64,000 nt of DNA, taken from positions 23,580-87,579 of the forward strand of contig JABDKW010000008.1 in NCBI GenBank assembly GCA_013002025.1. Reading direction: 5' to 3'. This DNA comes from Gammaproteobacteria bacterium (lineage in GTDB: Bacteria; Pseudomonadota; Gammaproteobacteria; Arenicellales; Arenicellaceae). Position numbers and translations under genes: made by a program. Positions 18,951-28,429 of the stretch are shown here, one piece after another. Under the pieces are notes generated by a model. The model was not told where the DNA came from and did no database searches. It saw nothing but the letters and a program-made list of their open reading frames with translations. The stretch's first letter is position 1. Each line of letters starts with the position of its first letter.

Positions 18951-20291
18951 TTACAACAAAAACCAGGTCGCAAGCCCCAACACTGCAAAATAGCCGACGA
19001 CATCGGTGACTGTAGTGAGTGCTACGCCGCCTGCCAGCGCCGGATCGATATCGAGGCGCTGAAGAAGTACCGGTATAAACACGCCCGCGATCGCCCCCAT
19101 TACCAAATTGGCAACCATGGCGCAGGCGATTACCAGACCAAGTTCGACATTCTTGTACCAAAGCGTGGCGATAACGGCGATTACCACAGCCCAAAGAAGC
19201 CCATTGAGAACACCCACCATGGCTTCTTTTTTCAAAACATTTTTCAGGTTTACAGAGGAAATGGTGCCGGTACTCATACCACGAATCATAACGGTGAGCG
19301 TTTGAGTGCCGGCATTGCCACCCATGCTCGCCACGATTGGCATTAATACCGCCAGTGCCACCAACTGTTGAATCGAGCCTTCAAACTGGCCAATCACCCA
19401 TGAGCCTAGCAACGCGGTAATCAAATTTACGCCCAGCCACACAGCCCGGTTGCGGGAAGTCTTGGCAACCGGTGCGAACACATCGGCCTCGTTCTTCAAT
19501 CCGGCGGTCGCCATAATGTCGTGTTCTGCCTGTTCACGGATTACATCAACCACATCATCGATGGTAATGCGGCCGAGTAGTCGACCTTCTTCACTGATCA
19601 CTGGCGCCGACACGAGATCGTAATCCGCAAAGGCCTTGGCCACTGTTTCCTGATCATCCAGCGAGCTGAAAATAACTGGGTTCTCCAGACGGTGGGTTAG
19701 GGCGGTATCCTCAATGGGCGAGGTAATCAACCGCTCTATCGGCAGAATGCCGGTAAGCACATTGGCCCGATCAACCATGTAAATTGAATCGGTCTGTTGC
19801 GGCAACGAGCCACGCTGGCGTAAAAACCGCAACACTACTTCGAGCGTGACATCATCGCGCACCACCGTGGCGTCAACGTTCATCAGCCCGCCCGCGGAAT
19901 CCTCCGGGTAGGAGAGCACTTCGCCAAGGCTATCGCGGGTTTGCGGGTCAACGGCGGATAAAACATCGGCCAGCAATTCCTCTTCCAGATCGGGCACCAA
20001 GTCTGCGATATCATCGATATCGAGTAACTTGATTGAATCGATCAGATCCTCGTTTTCCAGATCGCTGGCGAGGTCTTTGAACACCTCCTCGCCCAATTCC
20101 GCCAGCACTTCACCGGTCTGCGCATGCGGCACCATCTCCCAAACTATTGGGCGCTGATCGGGATTTAGCTGTTCCAGCGCATCGGCAATGTCAGCCGGGT
20201 GCGCATTCGCCAGAATGTCACTGACCGCCTGCGGGTCACCCGTTTCAAGCAGTTCGGCGATATTGTCTAAGGGGGGGGAAGATTGCTGCAC
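18951..20291 (-). CDS. mgtE: magnesium transporter MgtE
   Basis: 446 aa with an N domain, CBS pair and TM domain containing MGGNAGTQ. Confidence 0.9.
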   Translation of the reverse strand: MQQSSPPLDNIAELLETGDPQAVSDILANAHPADIADALEQLNPDQRPIVWEMVPHAQTGEVLAELGEEVFKDLASDLENEDLIDSIKLLDIDDIADLVPDLEEELLADVLSAVDPQTRDSLGEVLSYPEDSAGGLMNVDATVVRDDVTLEVVLRFLRQRGSLPQQTDSIYMVDRANVLTGILPIERLITSPIEDTALTHRLENPVIFSSLDDQETVAKAFADYDLVSAPVISEEGRLLGRITIDDVVDVIREQAEHDIMATAGLKNEADVFAPVAKTSRNRAVWLGVNLITALLGSWVIGQFEGSIQQLVALAVLMPIVASMGGNAGTQTLTVMIRGMSTGTISSVNLKNVLKKEAMVGVLNGLLWAVVIAVIATLWYKNVELGLVIACAMVANLVMGAIAGVFIPVLLQRLDIDPALAGGVALTTVTDVVGYFAVLGLATWFLL

Positions 20292-20436
20292 GGAAACCGA
20301 GCCCTCGTTGGGGTAAGGGCCTGCCGCACAGGGCAGCAGGCTGTTCGTTGCTGGCCCTATTATAGCGACAGCGGTGCGGAAGTCACCGCAATTGCGCGGC
20401 CCGTAACAGCTGGTCTAAAGTTTGATTAGAGATGCA

Positions 20437-22170
20437 TTAGAGTTGGTTTAGCTGGCGCAACTGATCGCGCGCGACACTCGGGTTGCCGGCCTTGAGGATT
20501 TGCTTTACCCGGTAGTGAAGTTTCTCCGTATCGACGTTCAAGATGCGTTCTTTGACCGCCAGAATATAGGTCGCGTCCATGCTGAAATTTCGCAGGCCAA
20601 GGCCCAGCAATAGGCGCGTGTATTGCACGTTGCCGGCCATCTCACCGCACAGTGACACCGGAATATTGGCTTTGTCACCAGCTTTTATGACACGCCGGAT
20701 AAGGTGTAACACCGCGGGATGAATCGGATCATAAAGGTAGTTGACGGCGTCATCGACGCGATCAATTGCCAGCGTGAACTGGATTAAATCATTGGTGCCG
20801 ATCGACAGAAAGTCGAGCTGCTGGGCAAACAGATCGGCCATAATTGCGGCAGCCGGTACTTCGATCATGCCGCCTACTTTGATGCGCTTATCAAACTCAA
20901 TCCCTTCTGCTTTCAATTCCCGTTTAGTCTGTTTGATTAAGCTAAGAACCTGATTAATTTCGTCATAGTTGCTCACCATGGGGATCATGATGGAGACGCG
21001 CCCAAAAGCAGAAGCGCGTAAAATTGCGCGCAGTTGAGGCTTAAACAAGTCCATATTATTTAAACACAACCGCACCGCGCGCATCCCCAGAGGCGACTCG
21101 CTGGAAGCCTTCTGTGGGTAGGGAAAATCCAGTTGTTTGTCGCCACCAATATCCAGCGTTCGAATCGCCACTGGTTTATCTACCCCAGCGACGATTCGTT
21201 TATAGGCACTAAATTGTTCTGCTTCGGAGGGCGCGACTTCTCGGTTCATGAATAAGTATTCAGTACGATACAGGCCGATGCCGGCCGCGTTTACGCGCCT
21301 GACTTCTTTCAATTCATTGATGGTTTCGACATTGGCCAATAAGTTTACCTTCTGACCGTCGATGGTCTTGCTGGCGCGCTTGACCAGCGTATTCAGTTCA
21401 ACCTCTCGTTCGCGATGCCGGCGCTGTAATGCCCGGTACTGTTTCAGGACCAGCTCACTGGGGTTGATCAGGACTATCCCGCGTTTGCCATCAACAATTA
21501 GCAGATCATTCTCGTTGATGTAGCGGGCACTGCCATGTAGCCCCACCACGGCCGGCAAGCGTAAACTTCTAGCCACCACGGCAGTGTGAGAAATTGTGCT
21601 GCCCAAATCCGTGATGAAAGCTGCCACGTTACGCTCTTTGATGAACAGGGTTTCAGCCGGTGAAATATCGTTGCTGACGATGATGCGACCGCGTAAATCG
21701 TCCTCGCTGGTGTCTTCCAGGCTATGCGCGACGATGCCTAGCAGATTTCTGAGCAGGCGGTTGGTAATATGTTCGACATCGGTTTTTTTATTACGCAGAT
21801 AGGGATCATCCATCTGCTCGAAGACCTTGATCAAATTGCCGGATTGAATGCGCAGCGCGTGTTCGGCGTTGATTTGCTCATGCCGGATAATCTTGATTGA
21901 TTCATCCACTAACAGCGGGTCGCGCAACATCATCATATGGGCATTGATGAACGCCGCGCTTTCTTTTGGAGCGTCCTTGGGCAGCTCTCTGAGAATCGTG
22001 CGGTACTTTTTCAGCGTGGCTGCGACCGCGCGCTTGAACCGCGAGACTTCGGCGTCCAGTTCTGAGCGCTTGAGGGCTGTTTTGGGCGTGTCAATGGTGC
22101 CAGTCCGCAACACGTAGGCCTGGCCGATAGCAATATCGCGCCCGATGCCAGAGCCAAATAGGCTGAGCAA
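20437..22170 (-). CDS. ptsI: phosphoenolpyruvate-protein phosphotransferase (Enzyme I, no GAF domain)
   Basis: 577 aa with the GSTISHTAVVARSL active-site His and IGTNDLIQFTLA. Confidence 0.85.
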   Translation of the reverse strand: MLSLFGSGIGRDIAIGQAYVLRTGTIDTPKTALKRSELDAEVSRFKRAVAATLKKYRTILRELPKDAPKESAAFINAHMMMLRDPLLVDESIKIIRHEQINAEHALRIQSGNLIKVFEQMDDPYLRNKKTDVEHITNRLLRNLLGIVAHSLEDTSEDDLRGRIIVSNDISPAETLFIKERNVAAFITDLGSTISHTAVVARSLRLPAVVGLHGSARYINENDLLIVDGKRGIVLINPSELVLKQYRALQRRHREREVELNTLVKRASKTIDGQKVNLLANVETINELKEVRRVNAAGIGLYRTEYLFMNREVAPSEAEQFSAYKRIVAGVDKPVAIRTLDIGGDKQLDFPYPQKASSESPLGMRAVRLCLNNMDLFKPQLRAILRASAFGRVSIMIPMVSNYDEINQVLSLIKQTKRELKAEGIEFDKRIKVGGMIEVPAAAIMADLFAQQLDFLSIGTNDLIQFTLAIDRVDDAVNYLYDPIHPAVLHLIRRVIKAGDKANIPVSLCGEMAGNVQYTRLLLGLGLRNFSMDATYILAVKERILNVDTEKLHYRVKQILKAGNPSVARDQLRQLNQL

Positions 22171-22171
22171 C

Positions 22172-22441
22172 TTATTCCTCCTCGCCGAAATAGTCGCCGA
22201 TCAGTTCAACCAGCGCGGCCAGAGCTTGCTGTTCATCTGCACCCTCGCAACGAATTTCAATGGTAGCTCCCTTGGATGCGGCCAGCATCATCACGGCCAT
22301 AATACTTTTCGCGTCAGCTTGCTGGCTGCCCTGCTGCAGGGTTACCTTGCTGGAAAACCGCCCCGCAGTGCTGACTAATTTTGCGGCGGCACGGGCATGT
22401 AGCCCCAGCTTGTTGATAATTTCGACAGTCTCAGTTTGCAT
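22172..22441 (-). CDS. HPr-family phosphocarrier (NPr/HPr)
   Basis: 89 aa with NKLGLHARAAAKLV (phosphorylatable His). Confidence 0.85.
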   Translation of the reverse strand: MQTETVEIINKLGLHARAAAKLVSTAGRFSSKVTLQQGSQQADAKSIMAVMMLAASKGATIEIRCEGADEQQALAALVELIGDYFGEEE

Positions 22442-22461
22442 TATGTTGGATGATTGAGTGT

Positions 22462-23340
22462 TCAGTGGCGCAGCTCACGGTGTCGGATTTGAGTCAGGAT
22501 AACATGCGGGTCACCTAATCCGTGTTCGGCAAAGTGTTTACTCAACGATTCGCTGAGAAACACCGAGCGATGTTGGCCGCCGGTGCAGCCGATGGCGACC
22601 GTTATGTAGTTGCGGTTGTCGGCAATAAAGCAGGGCAACCAATACTCCAGGAACGTTCTGATGTGATCAAGCATTTGTTGGCATTCTGGTTGTGCGGTCA
22701 AAAATTCAATCACCTCGGCATCTTTACCGGTTAAGGGCCGCAGCGCCTCATTCCAATAGGGATTCGGCAAGCACCGCACGTCGAACACAAAATCGGCGTC
22801 GACCGGTGTTCCATATTTGAATCCAAAGGATTGAAACAACAGGGTCAGCGAAGATTCTTCACGGGTCGCAGCAAAATCCCGAATCTGTGAACGCAGCTCA
22901 TGTGGCGTGGTATTGGTGGTATCAAGCCGCCGATGCGCCAAATTAGAGAGGGGCTGCAACAATAATCGTTCTTTTGCGATGGCTTCACTGAGGGATGTGT
23001 TGGCATCGGCCAGTGGATGCCGGCGACGGGTTTGGCTGTAGCGTTTTAATAGCGTTTTATCGTCGGCATCTATAAAGATGACCCGATAGTCAATATTTAA
23101 CGAGTGCAGGGATTCAAAGTGACCCTGTAGATTGCCTAAAAAGTCCTGATTGCGTGAATCAATGCTTACAGCGCACTTATGGGTGTCGCTATCAGCTGCG
23201 CCGATGCGCGCCGCCATCTCTGGCAGTAACGATGCCGGCAGATTATCGATGCAATAGAAACCGAGGTCTTCCAGCACCTGTAGGGCAACCGTTTTTCCCG
23301 ATCCAGACGTGCCGCTGATGATTAGAAAATTGGTTAGCAC
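22462..23340 (-). CDS. rapZ: RNase adapter protein RapZ
   Basis: Walker A ISGTSGSGKT and C-terminal CTGGQHRSV. Confidence 0.9.
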   Translation of the reverse strand: MLTNFLIISGTSGSGKTVALQVLEDLGFYCIDNLPASLLPEMAARIGAADSDTHKCAVSIDSRNQDFLGNLQGHFESLHSLNIDYRVIFIDADDKTLLKRYSQTRRRHPLADANTSLSEAIAKERLLLQPLSNLAHRRLDTTNTTPHELRSQIRDFAATREESSLTLLFQSFGFKYGTPVDADFVFDVRCLPNPYWNEALRPLTGKDAEVIEFLTAQPECQQMLDHIRTFLEYWLPCFIADNRNYITVAIGCTGGQHRSVFLSESLSKHFAEHGLGDPHVILTQIRHRELRH

Positions 23341-23346
23341 GGTTGA

Positions 23347-23835
23347 TCAGCCTGCCCGGCTGGACCAATCACAAATCAGTTCGATGATTTCATCCGCCTC
23401 CCGCGCTGCTACTAATTGTTTTTTCTGAGCGTCAATAGACATAATTCCGGCGATGGACGCCAGCAGCTTTAAGTGTTCTTCGGTAGCTTCTTCCGGTACC
23501 AATAAGCCGACTGCAATATCAACGGGTACCCGATCCGGACTTTCGTAATCAATGGCCTGCTCAAGCGTAATTATTGCGATCACCGGCTGGTCGGTGTCCG
23601 GGCTGCGGCTGTGCGGCAGGGCCACCCCGTTACCAACGCCAGTGCTGCCGAGTTTTTCACGCTCCAGTAAGGCATGATAAACGGTCTTTTCCTTTATGTT
23701 GTTTAGCGGCATTGCCAGCAATCTGGCCATCTCCTGAAACAGTTTTTTGGGACTGCTAATGTCCGCTCCGACGGCGATCAAATCAGCGTTCAAATACGAA
23801 TGCAGCGCGACAGGGTTGCTCATAATAATTTTCAA
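23347..23835 (-). CDS. ptsN: PTS IIA-Ntr
   Basis: 162 aa with GNGVALPHSR (active His). Confidence 0.85.
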   Translation of the reverse strand: MKIIMSNPVALHSYLNADLIAVGADISSPKKLFQEMARLLAMPLNNIKEKTVYHALLEREKLGSTGVGNGVALPHSRSPDTDQPVIAIITLEQAIDYESPDRVPVDIAVGLLVPEEATEEHLKLLASIAGIMSIDAQKKQLVAAREADEIIELICDWSSRAG

Positions 23836-23938
23836 AACCCCTTGCCGGAGTAGTCTCCGGCCGAGGGTTCAGGGCAAAGGTTTGAATTTTTAATCGCAGC
23901 TATTATAAATGGGACGGCACTGCGATTGCGACCGCGAT

Positions 23939-24265
23939 CTAACTGAACGACTGCTCCTTCAAAGGGGCTGTGCCGCGATGGTGGTCGGTCAGTTTTTCTT
24001 TGTGTTTGCGCACCTGCGAATCGAGACGATCAGTTAGGGTGTCGATTGACGCGTACATGTTATCCGAGTCTGCGTGAGCGTGTAGCGTAATTCCTTTGGC
24101 GTTGACCGTGGCTTCGGCCTTGTGGTGGATTTTCTCCACATGCAGCACCACATCGATGCTGTTCAGGTGATCAAAATGACGCTCAATCCGCTGCATCTTC
24201 TCACCAATATAATTCTTCATTGAGTCAGTTAAATCGATTTGGTGTCCTGAGATAGTTAGTTGCAT
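23939..24265 (-). CDS. hpf: ribosome hibernation promoting factor (short HPF)
   Basis: 108 aa, MQLTISGHQIDLTDSMKNYI... is HPF/YfiA-like, upstream of ptsN. Confidence 0.85.
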   Translation of the reverse strand: MQLTISGHQIDLTDSMKNYIGEKMQRIERHFDHLNSIDVVLHVEKIHHKAEATVNAKGITLHAHADSDNMYASIDTLTDRLDSQVRKHKEKLTDHHRGTAPLKEQSFS

Positions 24266-24307
24266 ATAGGTCTCCTGTGTTGTGTTATCTAAGGTAATAA
24301 CGTGGTT

Positions 24308-24584
24308 TCAAACCATCAATGTTGTTGAACCCTGGTTGTCGACTGGATTTGTACATGGTGTTGCATATGGTGCTGCATAATTTTTCAATACGATCGAAAT
24401 TAAATATTTCAACTTATCGTTTAGCAACCAAAAGCCGCAGATCTGCGCCACGCGCAGCAGATTGATTATAGCCATCCGAACTGAGCCAAGGTCTCTGTTC
24501 ACTTTTGAGTAGCTTGAGCGCCCGCGTCAGTTGCTGGGCAGTTGAGAACTGAGGCGGGTTTTTTGGCGAGAGGCTGCGTATCAT
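24308..24584 (-). pseudogene. rpoN: possible decayed remnant of rpoN (N- and C-terminal ends only)
   Basis: It occupies the canonical rpoN slot between lptB and hpf. The minus-strand ORF from 24584 reads MIRSLSPKNPPQFSTAQQLTRALKLLKSE, compared with the RpoN region I start [29 protein letters not shown]. ORF 24308-24502 ends ...LLNDKLKYLIS...NQGSTTLMV, compared with RpoN ...PLSDSKIAGLL...SSERKRLM. The two pieces are in different frames and the ~400-codon core is absent. Confidence 0.35.
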
Positions 24585-24805
24585 ATCGAAAGGCCTCGAT
24601 TCACTGATAGGCTAATCAATGCTGTCGCCACCGCGCAGTGAGGAGTCCCCGCCGTTGTGAAAAATCGCAAGCAATTCTGCAATGCTGCAGATCAATACTA
24701 AAGACGTTTTGTTCAGTGCAAGTCACGTTTGCGCGACCGTATTTTCTATTCCTGGAAAAGCACTAGACATACTTTTATTCTAGACCCAAGCCGCATCCTT
24801 TGCCA

Positions 24806-25531
24806 TCAAATTTTGAACTTGGAACCCAGATATACATCCCGCACGCCCTTGTGGCTGAGAATTTGCTTGGCGGTGCCCTCAGTTAGCACGCGACCTTCGG
24901 TCAGAATGTATGAATGGTCACAAATGTCCAGCGTCTCTCTTACATTGTGGTCGGTAATAATAATGCCGATCCCGGAGGTACGAAGATAGTCAATGATTTG
25001 CTGGATGTCGCCGACCGAAATCGGGTCAATGCCGGCGAACGGTTCGTCTAGCAATATAAAATAGGGTCGTAAAGCGATGGCACGGGCAATCTCCGCCCGC
25101 CGCCGTTCACCCCCGGACAGGGAGATTCCAAGCGTATCCCGTTTGTGGCTGATATTAAATTCTTCTAACAATTGCTCTACGCGGCGCAATCGATGATGAG
25201 GCGACAGAGACTTATCAGTTTCTAATACCGCCATCAGGTTTTCCTGCACCGTCAATTTGCGAAAGATGGACGGTTCCTGAGGTAGATATCCAATGCCCAG
25301 TCGCGCCCGGGAGTGCATTGGTAAGTGGGTGATGTCCTGACCATTGAGGAGGATGCGGCCGCTGTCACACCGGATTAGCCCTACCACCATATAGAAGCTG
25401 GTGGTCTTACCGGCGCCATTTGGTCCCAATAAGCCGACCACCTGACCACTTTCTACCGATATATTAATCTTGTTGACCACCTGCAAGCCTTTATAGCTTT
25501 TGCAGAGGTTTTTAGTTTCGAGAATACTCAT
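24806..25531 (-). CDS. lptB: LPS export ABC transporter ATPase
   Basis: 241 aa with GPNGAGKTT and LSGGERRR, ending VYLGSKFKI as LptB does. Confidence 0.95.
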   Translation of the reverse strand: MSILETKNLCKSYKGLQVVNKINISVESGQVVGLLGPNGAGKTTSFYMVVGLIRCDSGRILLNGQDITHLPMHSRARLGIGYLPQEPSIFRKLTVQENLMAVLETDKSLSPHHRLRRVEQLLEEFNISHKRDTLGISLSGGERRRAEIARAIALRPYFILLDEPFAGIDPISVGDIQQIIDYLRTSGIGIIITDHNVRETLDICDHSYILTEGRVLTEGTAKQILSHKGVRDVYLGSKFKI

Positions 25532-25561
25532 CGAACGGCCGGCCCCAGAGTCACAGCAAGA

Positions 25562-26269
25562 CTATTTGGGGTTAATAATTAAGCGTGAACGGCCGGATCG
25601 AGTCGGCTTTGCAGCTGGTTCATCTTCATCGGCGCTAGGCTCTGGTTCGACCTTGTCGCCCGCAGTGTCTTTAGATTTTTTTGGCTTGGCGGCTTTGGTG
25701 ACCGGAGGTGGGCCCTGGGCATCGTCTTTAAATGGGTCTTCGATAGTGCGCTCAGGTTTGTCGGCGCCAGACTTTCCACCGGCGCCAATTTTCGCACCGC
25801 CGGCGCTGCCGCCGCGGACGCGCAGCGTGTCATTGGCCATGTTATAGACAATGGTTTCACCGCGAGCCGTATCTGAGCCCTGCTTGAGGGCAGCTTTGCC
25901 GATCAGGGTGAGCGTATTGTTCTTTTGATCGACCACAATTTTTTTGGCCCATCCTTCAACATCATGTTGCTTGCCGTCAGGGCGCTGTTTGAAGCGCGCT
26001 AATGAGCCCCAGGCTGTGGCATTGGCTAACTCGCCATCTTCATAAATGCCGACCAGCTTGTCGGCTTTTAAACGCAGTGTGCCCTGAACCACTAACACAT
26101 TTGCGGTGTAGGTGCGGGTGCCCTTTCGAAAATCGAACTCTATGTCATCAGCCTCGATATTGGCTGGCTGGTCCCGGTCCGAGCTCAAGGCCAGAGTGTT
26201 GGTGCTATACACAACAGCACTAAATGCGAGCAGTAAAATAGTGGTGATACGCGACAATAAAACGTTCAT
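25562..26269 (-). CDS. lptA: LPS transport periplasmic protein LptA with a long low-complexity C-terminal tail
   Basis: Signal peptide plus an OstA-like core (ADKLVGIY..., TLIGKAALKQGSD). About 70 extra G/K/P/D/E-rich residues follow. Confidence 0.8.
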   Translation of the reverse strand: MNVLLSRITTILLLAFSAVVYSTNTLALSSDRDQPANIEADDIEFDFRKGTRTYTANVLVVQGTLRLKADKLVGIYEDGELANATAWGSLARFKQRPDGKQHDVEGWAKKIVVDQKNNTLTLIGKAALKQGSDTARGETIVYNMANDTLRVRGGSAGGAKIGAGGKSGADKPERTIEDPFKDDAQGPPPVTKAAKPKKSKDTAGDKVEPEPSADEDEPAAKPTRSGRSRLIINPK

Positions 26270-26373
26270 GAATTGAAACCGGTGCTAAATAGAAGAGATT
26301 GCGGCCGATACGCCGTCAACCTGTGGTGAAACTCGGCCAGAATATAGCATACAAGCTGAATCGCGGCTTAACC

Positions 26374-26838
26374 CTAGCCATCCAATAAACTGCCTGCTTG
26401 CTTGGTTTTATCCAGCAATATCCGCATTCTTTTGGCTTTCATGGTGCCGCCGGGGCTGCGCGAATCCGCTTCCACGACAATCCGAACATTGCCGGTCAAT
26501 AGAATTTCATCGCCAGACGAAGACATCCAGCCCGAATCAGAATAGGTGTGGCGCGGTGCAAATCCCTCTTCAAATTCGATTACGTGTGGTTTATCCAGCA
26601 GGGCTGTGTCGTCATCAGGAAAATGTGCCATGCGTTCGGCTTCTATAACAAAGCGCCGCCGACCATTTTTGTCGAGGCCGGTGGCAGTAAAGTTTTCGAT
26701 GTAATAATCAGGGTCATGCCGCTGATCAAAGTCCTGCGTCTGCACCGGCTCCTGGATCAGCGCGTCCTGCAGCCAGATCCCGAACAGACCTACAATGCCA
26801 AGAATAGCGATATAGAGTAACGACTCGAACTGTTTCAT
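26374..26838 (-). CDS. lptC: LPS export protein LptC
   Basis: 154 aa with an N-terminal TM anchor, positioned between kdsC and lptA. Confidence 0.7.
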   Translation of the reverse strand: MKQFESLLYIAILGIVGLFGIWLQDALIQEPVQTQDFDQRHDPDYYIENFTATGLDKNGRRRFVIEAERMAHFPDDDTALLDKPHVIEFEEGFAPRHTYSDSGWMSSSGDEILLTGNVRIVVEADSRSPGGTMKAKRMRILLDKTKQAGSLLDG

Positions 26839-26877
26839 CGTGCAACTCCCCGCATTACTGGACCGGCGTGTACGCCC

Positions 26878-27441
26878 TTACTGCCCCTGAGCATCGCCCA
26901 ACGGATAATTATCCTGACTATATAAAATAACATCACAGATAGCTCGTACAGCACCTTCGCCACCAACCACAGGGGCCACCCAGTCGGCCAGCTCGCGCAC
27001 GATAAAGTGACCATTGCTGACCGAAAATTTAAGGCCGCAAGCCTGCATTACCGGGAGGTCGATCACATCATCACCGGTAAACGAACAAGCATCACCAGAG
27101 AGGTTCAGTTGCTTTAGCAGGCTTTGGAATACGGCCTGCTTATCGTCAACACCCAGATGTGCATGGCGCACCCCCAGATCATCGAGGCGACGTTGCAGCG
27201 CTTTGGAGTTGCGCGCCGAAATCACCCCCACTTCAATGCCGGCCGCCTGCAACATTTTCAGTCCATGTCCGTCCAATGCATGGAAAACCTTTACCTGCTC
27301 ACCGTTTTCGGAATAATGCAGTTTGCCATCGGTTAACACGCCATCGACGTCGAATAAAGCCAGCTTCACCGCCGCCGCTTTCTCTAAAACGGCATCTGGC
27401 ACTGGCCAGGGCAAAGCGGGTAAATCGTGGTTGAAAGCCAT
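26878..27441 (-). CDS. kdsC: KDO 8-phosphate phosphatase
   Basis: HAD motif FDVDGVLTDG, followed by GDDVIDLP. Confidence 0.85.
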   Translation of the reverse strand: MAFNHDLPALPWPVPDAVLEKAAAVKLALFDVDGVLTDGKLHYSENGEQVKVFHALDGHGLKMLQAAGIEVGVISARNSKALQRRLDDLGVRHAHLGVDDKQAVFQSLLKQLNLSGDACSFTGDDVIDLPVMQACGLKFSVSNGHFIVRELADWVAPVVGGEGAVRAICDVILYSQDNYPLGDAQGQ

Positions 27442-27443
27442 GG

Positions 27444-28412
27444 TTATAAGACGCCCGCACGCAGCAAATCATGCATGTTTAGCGCGCCGACCACCTCCAG
27501 TTCCTCAGTGGTTACGAATACACTGTTAATGCGTGAGGTTTTCATCATTGCCACCAACTCTGCTGCCAGGACGCCGGGGCGGATGGTGACCGGTTCGGTT
27601 GACATGATCTCCGCAATGGGGGTTTGCAGGTTGACTTGCTGCTCCAGGCTGCGCCGTAAATCGCCATCCGTGTAGATGCCGAGTAATTTGTTGTCCTGGC
27701 CCACGACACCGGTCATGCCCAGTCCCTTGCTGGACATCTCCACCAGTGCATCACTGAGTGTTTGCTGAGCCTGAATTAACGGAACTTCATCGCCGCGGTG
27801 CATAATATCTTCCACGTAGAGCAGCAGGCGCCGACCGAGTGCGCCACCCGGGTGTGAGCGTGCAAAGTCATTTTCGTCGAAATCGCGCGCATTCAGCACC
27901 GCGATTGCCAGTGCGTCGCCCACCGCCAGAGTAGCAGTAGTGCTAGCGGTGGGTGCCAGATTCATGGGGCAGGCTTCCTGCTCGATGGGCACATTCACGC
28001 ACACATCGGAAAGCTCGGCGAGGGTTGAACCCGCCACACTGGTCAGGCCTATTAGCGGCACCCCCATGCGCTTAATGATCGGTAAAATAGTGAGAACTTC
28101 GGGCGTTTCGCCGGAGTTTGAAATGGCCAGCACCAAATCTTTGGGCGTGATCATGCCCAGGTCGCCATGGCTGGCCTCCCCCGGGTGGACAAAAAAAGCG
28201 GGCGTTCCGGTGCTGGCCAGCGTAGCGGCAATTTTACTGCCAATGTGACCCGATTTTCCCATGCCACTGACGATGACCCGCCCGTCACATTCAAGAATTT
28301 TTTCGCAGGCACGCTCAAAAGCTTCGCCCAAATGTTCAAGCTGCAGACTTATCGCGGCGGCTTCAATCTGTAACACCTGCCGGGCAGAATCGAGAAAGCG
28401 AGTTTTTTTCAT
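27444..28412 (-). CDS. kdsD: arabinose-5-phosphate isomerase
   Basis: SIS domain (GMGKSGHIG) plus a tandem CBS pair. Confidence 0.9.
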   Translation of the reverse strand: MKKTRFLDSARQVLQIEAAAISLQLEHLGEAFERACEKILECDGRVIVSGMGKSGHIGSKIAATLASTGTPAFFVHPGEASHGDLGMITPKDLVLAISNSGETPEVLTILPIIKRMGVPLIGLTSVAGSTLAELSDVCVNVPIEQEACPMNLAPTASTTATLAVGDALAIAVLNARDFDENDFARSHPGGALGRRLLLYVEDIMHRGDEVPLIQAQQTLSDALVEMSSKGLGMTGVVGQDNKLLGIYTDGDLRRSLEQQVNLQTPIAEIMSTEPVTIRPGVLAAELVAMMKTSRINSVFVTTEELEVVGALNMHDLLRAGVL

Positions 28413-28429
28413 AGGCAGCAGTAAAACGC

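Noticed and set aside
20318-20342. Hairpin GCCTGCCGCACAGGGCAGCAGGC between ptsI and mgtE as a terminator.
   Set aside because: No T-run follows on the relevant (minus) strand, so it was left unannotated.
24308-24502. 64-aa ORF between hpf and lptB as a genuine small gene.
   Set aside because: It has no RBS and an odd composition. It overlaps another frame's relic-like ORF, so it is treated as part of a possible rpoN remnant instead.
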